From the NCBI GenBank assembly GCA_043228905.1, contig JBHGNT010000024.1, positions 62,001 to 126,000 of the forward strand: DNA of 64,000 nt, written 5' to 3'. A model generated the notes under the pieces. That model saw nothing but the letters and a program-made list of their open reading frames with translations, searched no databases and had not been told where the DNA came from. This document shows positions 1 to 12,900 of this stretch, in pieces. A program made the position numbers and the translations under genes. Position 1 is the stretch's first letter. Each line of letters begins with the position of its first letter. The DNA is from Azolla caroliniana (lineage: Eukaryota; Plantae; Polypodiophyta).

Positions 1-1949
1 GGCTCGTGTGGTATCGGAATTTTGTGTTCAAACATGCGAATCGAAGCTAACAATGCTAGCTATGATATGGAATTAAAAAATCAAGATTTTAAAACTCAAG
101 TCCAGAGACATGACGAAATTACCTAATTTGAGAAGTGAGTTGAGAAGAGCTAGTAGGTAAATTTAAATGTTCATACCTGGCTCGTGTCATATCGGATTTA
201 TGTGTTCAAATATGCGAATCGAAGCTAACAACGCTAGCTATGATACGGAATTAAAAAATCAAGATTTTGAAACTCAGGTCGAGAGACATGACGAAAATAG
301 CAAACTTGAGGAGGGAGTTGAGAAGAGCCCTTGAGTAAATTAAAATGTTCATACCTGGCTCGTGTGATATCGGATTTTTGTGTTCAAACATGCGAATGGA
401 AGCTGGCGACGCTACCTATGATATGGAATTAAAAAATCAAGATTTTGGAACTCAGGTCGAGAGACATGACGAAAATAGCAAACTTGAGGAGGGAGTTGAG
501 AGGAGCCCTTGAGTTAATTAAAATGTTCATACCTGGCTCGTGTGGTATCGGATTTTTGTGTTCAAACATGCGAATCGAAGCTAACAATGCTAGCTATGAT
601 ATGGAATTAAAAAATCAAGATTTTAAAACTCAAGTCCAGAGACATGACGAAATTACCTAATTTGAGGAGTGAGTTGAGAAGAGCTAGTAGGTAAATTTAA
701 ATGTTCATACCTGGCTCGTGTCATATCGGATTTATGTGTTCAAATATGCGAATCGAAGCTAACAACGCTAGCTATGATATGGAATTAAAAAATCAAGATT
801 TTGAAACTCAGGTCGAGAGACATGACGAAAATAGAAAACTTGAGGAGGGAGTTGAGAGCAGCCCTTGAGTAAATTAAAATGTTCATACCTGGCTCGTGTG
901 ATATCGGATTTTTGTGTTCAAACATGCCAATCGAAGCTAACGACGCTACCTATGATATGGAATTAAAAAATCAAGATTTTAAAACTCAAGTCCAGAGACA
1001 TGACGAAATTACCAAATTTGAGGAGTGAGTTGAGAAGAGGTAGTAGGTAAATTAAAATGTTCATACCTGGCTCGTGTCATATCGGATTTATCTGTTCAAA
1101 TATGCGAATCGAAGCTAACAACGCTAGCTATGAGATGGAATTAAAAAACCAAGATTTTGAAACTCAGGTCGAGAGACATGACGAAAATAGCAAACTTGAG
1201 GAAGGAGTTTAGAAGAGCTAGTAGGTAAATTAAAATGTTCATACCTGGCTCGTGTGATATCCGTTTTTGTGTTCAAACATGCCAATCGAAGCTAACAACG
1301 CTAGCTATGGTATGGAATTAAAAAATCAAGAATTTGAAACTCAGGTCGAGAGATGTGACGAAATTACCAAATTTGAGGAATGATTTGAGAGGAGCCCTTG
1401 AGTAAATTAAAATGTTCATATCGGGCTCGTGTGATATCGGATTTTTGTGTTCAAACATGCAAATCGAAGCTAACAACGCTACCTATGATATGGAATTAAA
1501 AAATCAAGATTTTGAAACTCAGGTCGAGAGACATGACGAAATTACCAAATTGGAGGAGTGAGTTGAGAAGAGGTAGTAGGTAAATTAAAATGTTCATACC
1601 TGGCTCGTGTCATATCGGATTTTTGTGTTCAAACATGCGAATCGAAGCTAACAACGCTACCTATGATATGGAATTAAAAAATCAACATTTTGAAACTCAC
1701 GTCGAGAGACATGACGAAAATAGCAAACTTGAGGAGGGAGTTGAGAGGAGCCCTTGAGTAAATTAAAATGTTCATACCTGGCTCTTGTGATATTGGATTT
1801 TTGTGTTCAAACATGCAAATCGAAGCTAGCAACGCTAGCTATGATATGGAATTAAAAAATCAAGATTTTGAAACTCAGGTCGAGAGACATGACGAAAATT
1901 GCAAACTTGAGGAGGGAGTTGAGAGGAGCCCTTGAGTAAATTAAAATGT

Positions 1950-4900
1950 TCATACCTGGCTCGTGTGATATCGGATTTTTGTGTTCAAACATGCGAATCG
2001 AAGCTGGCGACGCTACCTATGATATGGAATTAAAAAATCAAGATTTTGAAACTCAGGTCGAGAGACATAACGAAAATAGCAAACTTGAGGAGGGAGTTGA
2101 GAGGAGCCCTTGAGTAAATTAAAATGTTCATACCTGGCTTGTGTGGTATCGGATTTTTGTGTTCAAACATGCGAATCGAAGCTGGCGACGCTAGCTATGA
2201 TATGGAATTAAAAAATCAAGATTCTAAAACTCAAGTCCAGAGACATGACGAAAATAGCAAACTTGAGGAGGGAGTTGAGAGGAGCCCTTGAGTAAATTAA
2301 AATGTTCATACCTGGCTCGTGTGATATGGATTTTTGTGTTCAAACATGCAAATCGAAACTAACAACGCTAGCTATGAGATGGAATTAAAAAATCAAGATT
2401 TTGAAAGTCAGGTCGAGAGACATTATGAAAATAGCAAACTTGAGGAGGGAGTTGAGAAGAGCCCTTGAGTAAATTTAAATGTTCATACCTGGCTCGTGTC
2501 ATATCGGATTTATGTGTTCAAATATGCAAATCGAAGCTAACAACGCTACCTATGATATGGAATTAAAAAATCAAGATTTTGAAACTCAGGTCGAGAGACA
2601 TGACGAAAATAGAAAACTTGAGGAGGGAGTTGAGAGCAGCCCTTGAGTAAATTAAAATGTTCATACCTGGCTCGTGTGATATCGGATTTTTGTGTTCAAA
2701 CATGCCAATCGAAGCTAACAACGCTACCTATGATATGGAATTAAAAAATCAAGATTTTAAAACTCAAGTCCAGAGACATGACGAAATTACCAAATTTGAG
2801 GAGGGAGTTGAGAAGAGGTAGTAGGTAAATTAAAATGTTCATACCTGGCTCGTGTCATATCGGATTTATCTGTTCAAATATGCGAATCGAAGCTAACAAC
2901 GCTAGCTATGAGATGGAATTAAAAAACCAAGATTTTGAAACTCAGGTCGAGAGACATGACGAAAATAGCAAACTTGAGGAAGGAGTTTAGAAGAGCTAGT
3001 AGGTAAATTAAAATGTTCATACCTGGCTCGTGTGATATCCGTTTTTGTGTTCAAACATGCCAATCGAAGCTAACAACGCTACCTATGGTATGGAATTAAA
3101 AAATCAAGAATTTGAAACTCAGGTCGAGAGATGTGACGAAATTACCAAATTTGAGGAATGATTTGAGAGGAGCCCTTGAGTAAATTAAAATGTTCATATC
3201 GGGCTCGTGTGATATCGGATTTTTGTGTTCAAACATGCAAATCGAAACTAACAACGCTACCTATGATATGGAATTAAAAAATCAAGATTTTGAAACTCAG
3301 GTCGAGAGACATGACGAAATTACCAAATTGGAGGAGTGAGTTGAGAAGAGGTAGTAGGTAAATTAAAATGTTCATACCTGGCTCGTGTCATATCGGATTT
3401 TTGTGTTCAAACATGCCAATCGAAGCTAGCAACGCTAGCTATGATATGGAATTAAAAAATCAAGATTTTGAAATTCAGGTCGAGAGACATGACGAAAATT
3501 GCAAACTTGAGGAGGGAGTTGAGAGGAGCCCTTGAGTAAATTAAAATGTTCATACCTGGCTCGTGTGATATCGGATTTTTGTGTTCAAACATGCGAATCG
3601 AAGCTGGCGACGCTACCTATGATATGGAATTAAAAAATCAAGATTTTGAAACTCAGGTCCAGAGACATGACGAAATTACCTAATTTGAGGAGTGAGTTGA
3701 GAAGAGCCCTTGAGTAAATTAAAATGTTCATACCTGGCTCTTGTGATATCGGATTTTTGTGTTCAAACATGCGAATCGAAGCTGGCGACGCTACCTATGA
3801 TATGGAATTAAAAAATCAAGATTTTGAAACTCAGGTCGAGAGACATAACGAAAATAGCAAACTTGAGGAGGGAGTTGAGAGGAGCCCTTGAGTAAATTAA
3901 AATGTTCATACCTGGCTCTTGTGATATCGGATTTTTGTGTTCAAACATGCGAATCGAAGCTAACAACGCTAGCTATGATATGGAATTTAAAAATCAAGAT
4001 TTTAAAAGTCAAGTCCAGAGCCATGACGAAAATAGCAAACTTGAGGAGGGAGTTGAGAGGAGCCCTTGAGTAAATTAAAATGTTCATACCTGGCTCTTGT
4101 GATATCGGATTATTGTGTTCAAACATGCAAATCGAAGCTAACAACGCTACCTATGATATGGAATTAAAAAATCAAGAATTTGAAACTCAGGTCGAGAGAC
4201 ATGACGAAAATAGCAAACTTGAGGAGGGAGTTGAGAGGAGCCCTTGAGTAAAGTAAAATGTTCATACCTGGCTCGTGTGATATCGGATTTTTGTGTTCAA
4301 ACATGCGAATCGAAGCTGGCGACGCTACCTATGATATGGAATTAAAAAATCAAGATTTTGAAACTCAGGTCGAGAGACATGACGAAAATAGCAAACTTGA
4401 GGAGGGAGTTGAGAGGAGCCCTTGAGTAAATTAAAATGTTCATACCTGGCTTGTGTGGTATCGGATTTTTGTGTTCAAACATGCGAATCGAAGCTGGCGA
4501 CGCTAGCTATGATATGGAATTAAAAAATCAAGATTCTAAAACTCAAGTCCAGAGACATGACGAAAATAGCAAACTTGAGGAGGGAGTTGAGAGGAGCCCT
4601 TGAGTAAATTAAAATGTTCATACCTGGCTCGTGTGATATGGATTTTTGTGTTCAAACATGCAAATCGAAACTAACAACGCTAGCTATGAGATGGAATTAA
4701 AAAATCAAGATTTTGAAAGTCAGGTCGAGAGACATTATGAAAATAGCAAACTTGAGGAGGGAGTTGAGAAGAGCCCTTGAGTAAATTTAAATGTTCATAC
4801 CTGGCTCGTGTCATATCGGATTTATGTGTTCAAATATGCAAATCGAAGCTAACAACGCTACCTATGATATGGAATTAAAAAATCAAGATTTTGAAACTCA

Positions 4901-5720
4901 GGTCGAGAGACATGACGAAAATAGAAAACTTGAGGAGGGAGTTGAGAGCAGCCCTTGAGTAAATTAAAATGTTCATACCTGGCTCGTGTGATATCGGATT
5001 TTTGTGTTCAAACATGCCAATCGAAGCTAACAACGCTACCTATGATATGGAATTAAAAAATCAAGATTTTAAAACTCAAGTCCAGAGACATGACGAAATT
5101 ACCAAATTTGAGGAGGGAGTTGAGAAGAGGTAGTAGGTAAATTAAAATGTTCATACCTGGCTCGTGTCATATCGGATTTATCTGTTCAAATATGCGAATC
5201 GAAGCTAACAACGCTAGCTATGAGATGGAATTAAAAAACCAAGATTTTGAAACTCAGGTCGAGAGACATGACGAAAATAGCAAACTTGAGGAAGGAGTTT
5301 AGAAGAGCTAGTAGGTAAATTAAAATGTTCATACCTGGCTCGTGTGATATCCGTTTTTGTGTTCAAACATGCCAATCGAAGCTAACAACGCTACCTATGG
5401 TATGGAATTAAAAAATCAAGAATTTGAAACTCAGGTCGAGAGATGTGACGAAATTACCAAATTTGAGGAATGATTTGAGAGGAGCCCTTGAGTAAATTAA
5501 AATGTTCATATCGGGCTCGTGTGATATCGGATTTTTGTGTTCAAACATGCAAATCGAAACTAACAACGCTACCTATGATATGGAATTAAAAAATCAAGAT
5601 TTTGAAACTCAGGTCGAGAGACATGACGAAATTACCAAATTGGAGGAGTGAGTTGAGAAGAGGTAGTAGGTAAATTAAAATGTTCATACCTGGCTCGTGT
5701 CATATCGGATTTTTGTGTTC
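1950..5720 (+). repeat. Duplicated multi-monomer block at a 13-monomer offset (2,312 bp)
   Basis: Rare variants recur exactly 2,312 bp apart: TACCTGGCTT at 2131/4443, CATTATG at 2421/4733 and CCGTTTTT at 3039/5351. Confidence 0.85.
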
Positions 5721-7295
5721 AAATATGCGAATCGAAGCTAACAACGCTACCTATGATATGGAATTAAAAAATCAAGATTTTGAAACTCAGGTCGAGAGAC
5801 ATGACGAAAATAGCAAACTTGAGGAGGGAGTTGAGAGGAGCCCTTGAGTAAATTAAAATGTTCATACCTGGCTCTTGTGATATTGGATTTTTGTGTTCAA
5901 ACATGCAAATCGAAGCTAGCAACGCTAGCTATGATATGGAATTAAAAAATCTAGATTTTGAAATTCAGGTCGAGAGACATGACGAAAATTGCAAACTTGA
6001 GGAGGGAGTTGAGAGGAGCCCTTGAGTAAATTAAAATGTTCATACCTGGCTCGTGTGATATCGGATTTTTGTGTTCAAACATGCGAATCGAAGCTGGCGA
6101 CGCTACCTATGATATGGAATTAAAAAATCAAGATTTTGAAACTCAGGTCGAGAGACATAACGAAAATAGCAAACTTGAGGAGGGAGTTGAGAGGAGCCCT
6201 TGAGTAAATTAAAATGTTCATACCTGGCTCGTGTGGTATCGGATTTTTGTGTTCAAACATGCGAATCGAAACTAACAATGCTAGCTATGATATGGAATTA
6301 AAAAATCAAGATTCTAAAACTCAAGTCCAGAGACATGACGAAAATAGCAAACTTGAGGAGGGAGTTGAGAGGAGCCCTTGAGTAAATTAAAATGTTCATA
6401 CCTGGCTCGTGTGATATCCGTTTTTGTGTTCAAACATGCCAATCGAAGCTAACAACGCTACCTATGGTATGGAATTAAAAAATCAAGAATTTGAAACTCA
6501 GGTCGAGAGATGTGACGAAATTACCAAATTTGAGGAATGATTTGAGAGGAGCCCTTGAGTAAATTAAAATGTTCATATCGGGCTCGTGTGATATCGGATT
6601 TTTGTGTTCAAACATGCAAATCGAAACTAACAACGCTACCTATGATATGGAATTAAAAAATCAAGATTTTGAAACTCAGGTCGAGAGACATGACGAAATT
6701 ACCAAATTGGAGGAGTGAGTTGAGAAGAGGTAGTAGGTAAATTAAAATGTTCATACCTGGCTCGTGTCATATCGGATTTTTGTGTTCAAACATGCGAATC
6801 GAAGCTAACAACGCTACCTATGATATGGAATTAAAAAATCAAGATTTTGAAACTCAGGTCGAGAGACATGACGAAAATAGCAAACTTGAGGAGGGAGTTG
6901 AGAGGAGCCCTTGAGTAAATTAAAATGTTCATACCTGGCTCTTGTGATATTGGATTTTTGTGTTCAAACATGCAAATCGAAGCTAGCAACGCTAGCTATG
7001 ATATGGAATTAAAAAATCTAGATTTTGAAATTCAGGTCGAGAGACATGACGAAAATTGCAAACTTGAGGAGGGAGTTGAGAGGAGCCCTTGAGTAAATTA
7101 AAATGTTCATACCTGGCTCGTGTGATATCGGATTTTTGTGTTCAAACATGCGAATCGAAGCTGGCGACGCTACCTATGATATGGAATTAAAAAATCAAGA
7201 TTTTGAAACTCAGGTCGAGAGACATAACGAAAATAGCAAACTTGAGGAGGGAGTTGAGAGGAGCCCTTGAGTAAATTAAAATGTTCATACCTGGC
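5320..7295 (+). repeat. Local 6-mer higher-order duplication (1,067 bp)
   Basis: CCGTTTTT at 5351/6418 and CTAGATTTT at 5951/7018 are 1,067 bp apart (6x178-1). Confidence 0.85.
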
Positions 7296-7839
7296 TCTTG
7301 TGATATCGGATTTTTGTGTTCAAACATGCGAATCGAAGCTGGCGACGCTACCTATGATATGGAATTAAAAAATCAAGATTTTGAAACTCAGGTCGAGAGA
7401 CATAACGAAAATAGCAAACTTGAGGAGGGAGTTGAGAGGAGCCCTTGAGTAAATTAAAATGTTCATACCTGGCTCTTGTGATATCGGATTTTTGTGTTCA
7501 AACATGCGAATCGAAGCTAACAACGCTAGCTATGATATGGAATTTAAAAATCAAGATTTTAAAAGTCAAGTCCAGAGACATGACGAAAATAGCAAACTTG
7601 AGGAGGGAGTTGAGAGGAGCCCTTGAGTAAATTAAAATGTTCATACCTGGCTCTTGTGATATCGGATTATTGTGTTCAAACATGCAAATCGAAGCTAACA
7701 ACGCTACCTATGATATGGAATTAAAAAATCAAGAATTTGAAACTCAGGTCGAGAGACATGACGAAAATAGCAAACTTGAGGAGGGAGTTGAGAGGAGCCC
7801 TTGAGTAAAGTAAAATGTTCATACCTGGCTCGTGTGATA

Positions 7840-9980
7840 TCGGATTTTTGTGTTCAAACATGCGAATCGAAGCTGGCGACGCTACCTATGATATGGAATT
7901 AAAAAATCAAGATTTTGAAACTCAGGTCGAGAGACATGACGAAAATAGCAAACTTGAGGAGGGAGTTGAGAGGAGCCCTTGAGTTAATTAAAATGTTCAT
8001 ACCTGGCTCGTGTGGTATCGGATTTTTGTGTTCAAACATGCAAATCGAAACTAACAATGCTAGCTATGATATGGAATTAAAAAATCAAGATTCTAAAACT
8101 CAAGTCCAGAGACATGACGAAAATAGCAAACTTGAGGAGGGAGTTGAGAGGAGCCCTTGAGTAAATTAAAATGTTCATACCTGGCTCGTGTGATATGGAT
8201 TTTTGTGTTCAAACATGCAAATCGAAGCTAACAACGCTAGCTATGAGATGGAATTAAAAAATCAAGATTTTGAAACTCAGGTCGAGAGACATGATGAAAA
8301 TAGCAAACTTGAGGAGGGAGTTGAGAAGAGCCCTTGAGTAAATTAAAATGTTCATACCTGGCTCGTGTGATATCGGATTTTTGTGTTCAAACATGCGAAT
8401 CGAAGCTGGCGACGCTACCTATGATATGGAATTAAAAAATCAAGATTTTGAAACTCAGGTCGAGAGACATAACGAAAATAGCAAACTTGAGGAGGGAGTT
8501 GAGAGGAGCCCTTGAGTAAATTAAAATGTTCATACCTGGCTCTTGTGATATCGGATTTTTTTGTTCAAACATGCGAATCGAAGCTAACAACGCTAGCTAT
8601 GATGTGGAATTAAAAAATCAAGATTTTGAAATTCAGGTCGAGAGACATGACGAAAATAGCAAACTTGAGGAGGGAGTTGAGAGGAGCCCTTGAGTTAATT
8701 AAAATGTTCATACCTGGCTCGTGTGGTATCGGATTTTTGTGTTCAAACATGCGAATCGAAGCTAACAATGCTAGCTATGATATGGAATTAAAAAATCAAG
8801 ATTTTAAAACTCAAGTCCAGAGACATGACGAAATTACCTAATTTGAGGAGTGAGTTGAGAAGAGCTAGTAGGTAAATTTAAATGTTCATACCTGGCTCGT
8901 GTCATATCGGATTTTTGTGTTCAAACATGCGAATCGAAGCTGGCGACGCTACCTATGATATGGAATTAAAAAATCAAGATTTTGAAACTCAGGTCGAGAG
9001 ACATGACGAAAATAGCAAACTTGAGGAGGGAGTTGAGAGGAGCCCTTGAGTTAATTAAAATGTTCATACCTGGCTCGTGTGGTATCGGATTTTTGTGTTC
9101 AAACATGCGAATCGAAACTAACAATGCTAGCTATGATATGGAATTAAAAAATCAAGATTCTAAAACTCAAGTCCAGAGACATGACGAAAATAGCAAACTT
9201 GAGGAGGGAGTTGAGAGGAGCCCTTGAGTAAATTAAAATGTTCATACCTGGCTCGTGTGATATGGATTTTTGTGTTCAAACATGCAAATCGAAGCTAACA
9301 ACGCTAGCTATGAGATGGAATTAAAAAATCAAGATTTTGAAACTCAGGTCGAGAGACATGATGAAAATAGCAAACTTGAGGAGGGAGTTGAGAAGAGCCC
9401 TTGAGTAAATTAAAATGTTCATACCTGGCTCGTGTGATATCGGATTTTTGTGTTCAAACATGCGAATCGAAGCTGGCGACGCTACCTATGATATGGAATT
9501 AAAAAATCAAGATTTTGAAACTCAGGTCGAGAGACATAACGAAAATAGCAAACTTGAGGAGGGAGTTGAGAGGAGCCCTTGAGTAAATTAAAATGTTCAT
9601 ACCTGGCTCTTGTGATATCGGATTTTTTTGTTCAAACATGCGAATCGAAGCTAACAACGCTAGCTATGATGTGGAATTAAAAAATCAAGATTTTGAAATT
9701 CAGGTCGAGAGACATGACGAAAATAGCAAACTTGAGGAGGGAGTTGAGAGGAGCCCTTGAGTTAATTAAAATGTTCATACCTGGCTCGTGTGGTATCGGA
9801 TTTTTGTGTTCAAACATGCGAATCGAAGCTAACAATGCTAGCTATGATATGGAATTAAAAAATCAAGATTTTAAAACTCAAGTCCAGAGACATGACGAAA
9901 TTACCTAATTTGAGGAGTGAGTTGAGAAGAGCTAGTAGGTAAATTTAAATGTTCATACCTGGCTCGTGTCATATCGGATT
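7840..9980 (+). repeat. Local 6-mer higher-order repeat (1,067 bp), two copies
   Basis: ORF-track markers at 7915/8982 and 8626/9693 are both 1,067 bp apart. The copies share the private variants GGATTTTTTTGTTC and GATGTGGAAT. Confidence 0.9.
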
Positions 9981-12900
9981 TATGTGTTCAAATTTACGAA
10001 TCGAAGCTAACAACGCTAGCTATGATATGGAATTAAAAAATCAAGATTTTGAAACTCAGGTCGAGAGACATGACGAAAATAGAAAACTTGAGGAGGGAGT
10101 TGAGAGCAGCCCTTGAGTAAATTAAAATGTTCATACCTGGCTCGTGTGATATCGGATTTTTGTGTTCAAACATGCCAATCGAAGCTAACAACGCTACCTA
10201 TGATATGGAATTAAAAAATCAAGATTTTAAAACTCAAGTCCAGAGACATGACGAAATTACCAAATTTGAGGAGTGAGTTGAGAAGAGGTAGTAGGTAAAT
10301 TAAAATGTTCATACCTGGCTCGTGTCATATCGGATTTATCTGTTCAAATATGCGAATCGAAGCTAACAACGCTAGCTATGAGATGGAATTAAAAAACCAA
10401 GATTTTGAAACTCAGGTCGACAGACATGACGAAAATAGCAAACTTGAGGAAGGAGTTTAGAAGAGCTAGTAGGTAAATTTAAATGTTCATACCTGGCTCG
10501 TGTGATATCGGTTTTTGTGTTCAAACATGCCAATCGAAGCTAACAACGCTACCTGTGGTATGGAATTAAAAAATCAAGAATTTGAAACTCAGGTCGAGAG
10601 ATGTGACGAAATTACCAAATTTGAGGAATGATTTGAGAGGAGCCCTTGAGTAAATTAAAATGTTCATATCGGGCTCGTGTGATATCGGATTTTTGTGTTC
10701 AAACATGCAAATCGAAGCTAACAACGCTACCTATGATATGGAATTAAAAAATCAAAATTTTGAAACTCAGGTCGAGAGACATGACGAAATTACCAAATTG
10801 GAGGAGTGAGTTGAGAAGAGGTAGTAGGTAAATTAAAATGTTCATACCTGGCTCATGTCATATCGGATTTTTGTGTTCAAACATGCGAATCGAAGCTAAC
10901 AACGCTACCTATGATATGGAATTAAAAAATCAAGATTTTGAAACTCAGGTCGAGAGACATGGCGAAAATAGCAAACTTGAGGAGGGAGTTGAGAGGAGCC
11001 CTTGAGTAAATTAAAATGTTCATACCTGGCTCTTGTGATATTGGATTTTTGTGTTCAAACATGCAAATCGAAGCTAGCAACGCTAGCTATGATATGGAAT
11101 TAAAAAATCAAGATTTTGAAATTTAGGTCGAGAGACATGACGAAAATTGCAAACTTGAGGAGGGAGTTGAGAGGAGCCCTTGAGTAAATTAAAATGTTCA
11201 TACCTGGCTCGTGTGATATCGGATTTTTGTGTTCAAACATGCGAATCGAAGCTGGCGACGCTACCTATGATATGGAATTAAAAAATCAAGATTTTGAAAC
11301 TCAGGTCGAGAGACATGACGAAAATAGCAAACTTGAGGAGGGAGTTGAGAGGAGCCCTTGAGTAAATTAAAATGTTCATACCTGGCTCGTGTGATATCGG
11401 ATTTTTGTGTTCAAACATGCGAATCGAAGCTAACAACGCTACCTATGATATGGAATTAAAAAATCAAGATTTTAAAACTCAGGTCGAGAGACATGACGAA
11501 AATAGAAAACTTGAGGAGGGAGTTGAGAGCAGCCCTTGAGTAAATTAAAATGTTCATACCTGGCTCGTGTGATATCGGATTTTTGTGTTCAAACATGCGA
11601 ATCGAAGCTAACAACGCTACCTATGATATGGAATTAAAAAATCAAGATTTTAAAACTCAGGTCGAGAGACATGACGAAAATAGCAAACTTGAGGAGGGAG
11701 TTGAGAGGAGCCCTTGAGTAAATTAAAATGTTCATACCTGGCTCGTGTGATATCGGATTTATGTGTTCAAACATGCGAATCGAAGCTAACAACGCTACCT
11801 ATGATATGGAATTAAAAAATCAAGAATTTGAAACTCAGGTCGAGAGATGTGACGAAATTACCAAATTTGAGAAATGATTTGAGAGGAGCCCTTGAGTAAA
11901 TTAAAATGTTCATATCGGGCTCGTGTGATATCGGATTTTTGTGTTCAAACATGCAAATCGAAGATAACAATGCTACCTATGATATGGAATTAAAAAATCA
12001 AGAATTTGATACTCAGGTCGAGAGATGTGACGAAATTACCAAATTTGAGGAGTGAGTTGAGAAGAGCTAGTAGGTAAATTAAAATGTTCATATCGGGCTC
12101 GTGTGATATCGGATTAATGTGTTCAAACATGCAAATCGAAGCTAACAACGCTACCTATGATATGGAATTAAAAAATCAAGAATTTGAAACTCAGGTCGAG
12201 AGACATGACGAAAATAGCAAACTTGAGGAGGGAGTTGAGAGGAGCCCTTGAGTAAAGTAAAATGTTCATACCTGGCTCGTGTGATATCGGATTTTTGTGT
12301 TCAAACATGCGAATCGAAGCTGGCGACGCTACCTATGATATGGAATTAAAAAATCAAGATTTTGAAACTCAGGTCGAGAGACATGACGAAAATAGCAAAC
12401 TTGAGGAGGGAGTTGAGAGGAGCCCTTGAGTTAATTAAAATGTTCATACCTGGCTCGTGTGGTATCGGATTTTTGTGTTCAAACATGCGAATCGAAACTA
12501 ACAATGCTAGCTATGATATGGAATTAAAAAATCAAGATTTTGAAACTCAGGTCGAGAGACATGATGAAAATAGCAAACTTGAGGAGGGAGTTGAGAAGAG
12601 CCCTTGAGTAAATTAAAATGTTCATACCTGGCTCGTGTGATATCGGATTTTTGTGTTCAAACATGCGAATCGAAGCTAACAACGCTAGCTATGATATGGA
12701 ATTAAAAAATCAAGATTTTGAAACTCAGGTCAGGAGACATGACGAAAATAGCAAACTTGAGGAGGGAGTTGAGAGGAGCCCTTGAGTAAATTAAAATGTT
12801 CATACCTGGCTCGTGTGATATCGGATTTTTGTGTTCAAACATGCAAATCGAAGCTAACAACGCTAGCTATGAGATGGAATTAAAAAATCAAGATTTTGAA

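Noticed and set aside
130-150. G-quadruplex in GAGGAGGGAGTTGAGAGGAG
   Set aside because: There are only three short G runs in the consensus, too few for a canonical intramolecular G4.
71-167. Possible 89-bp half-monomer (AATTAAAA at consensus positions 71 and 160)
   Set aside because: The offset is exactly half the monomer, but the portion I compared at that offset aligned no better than chance.
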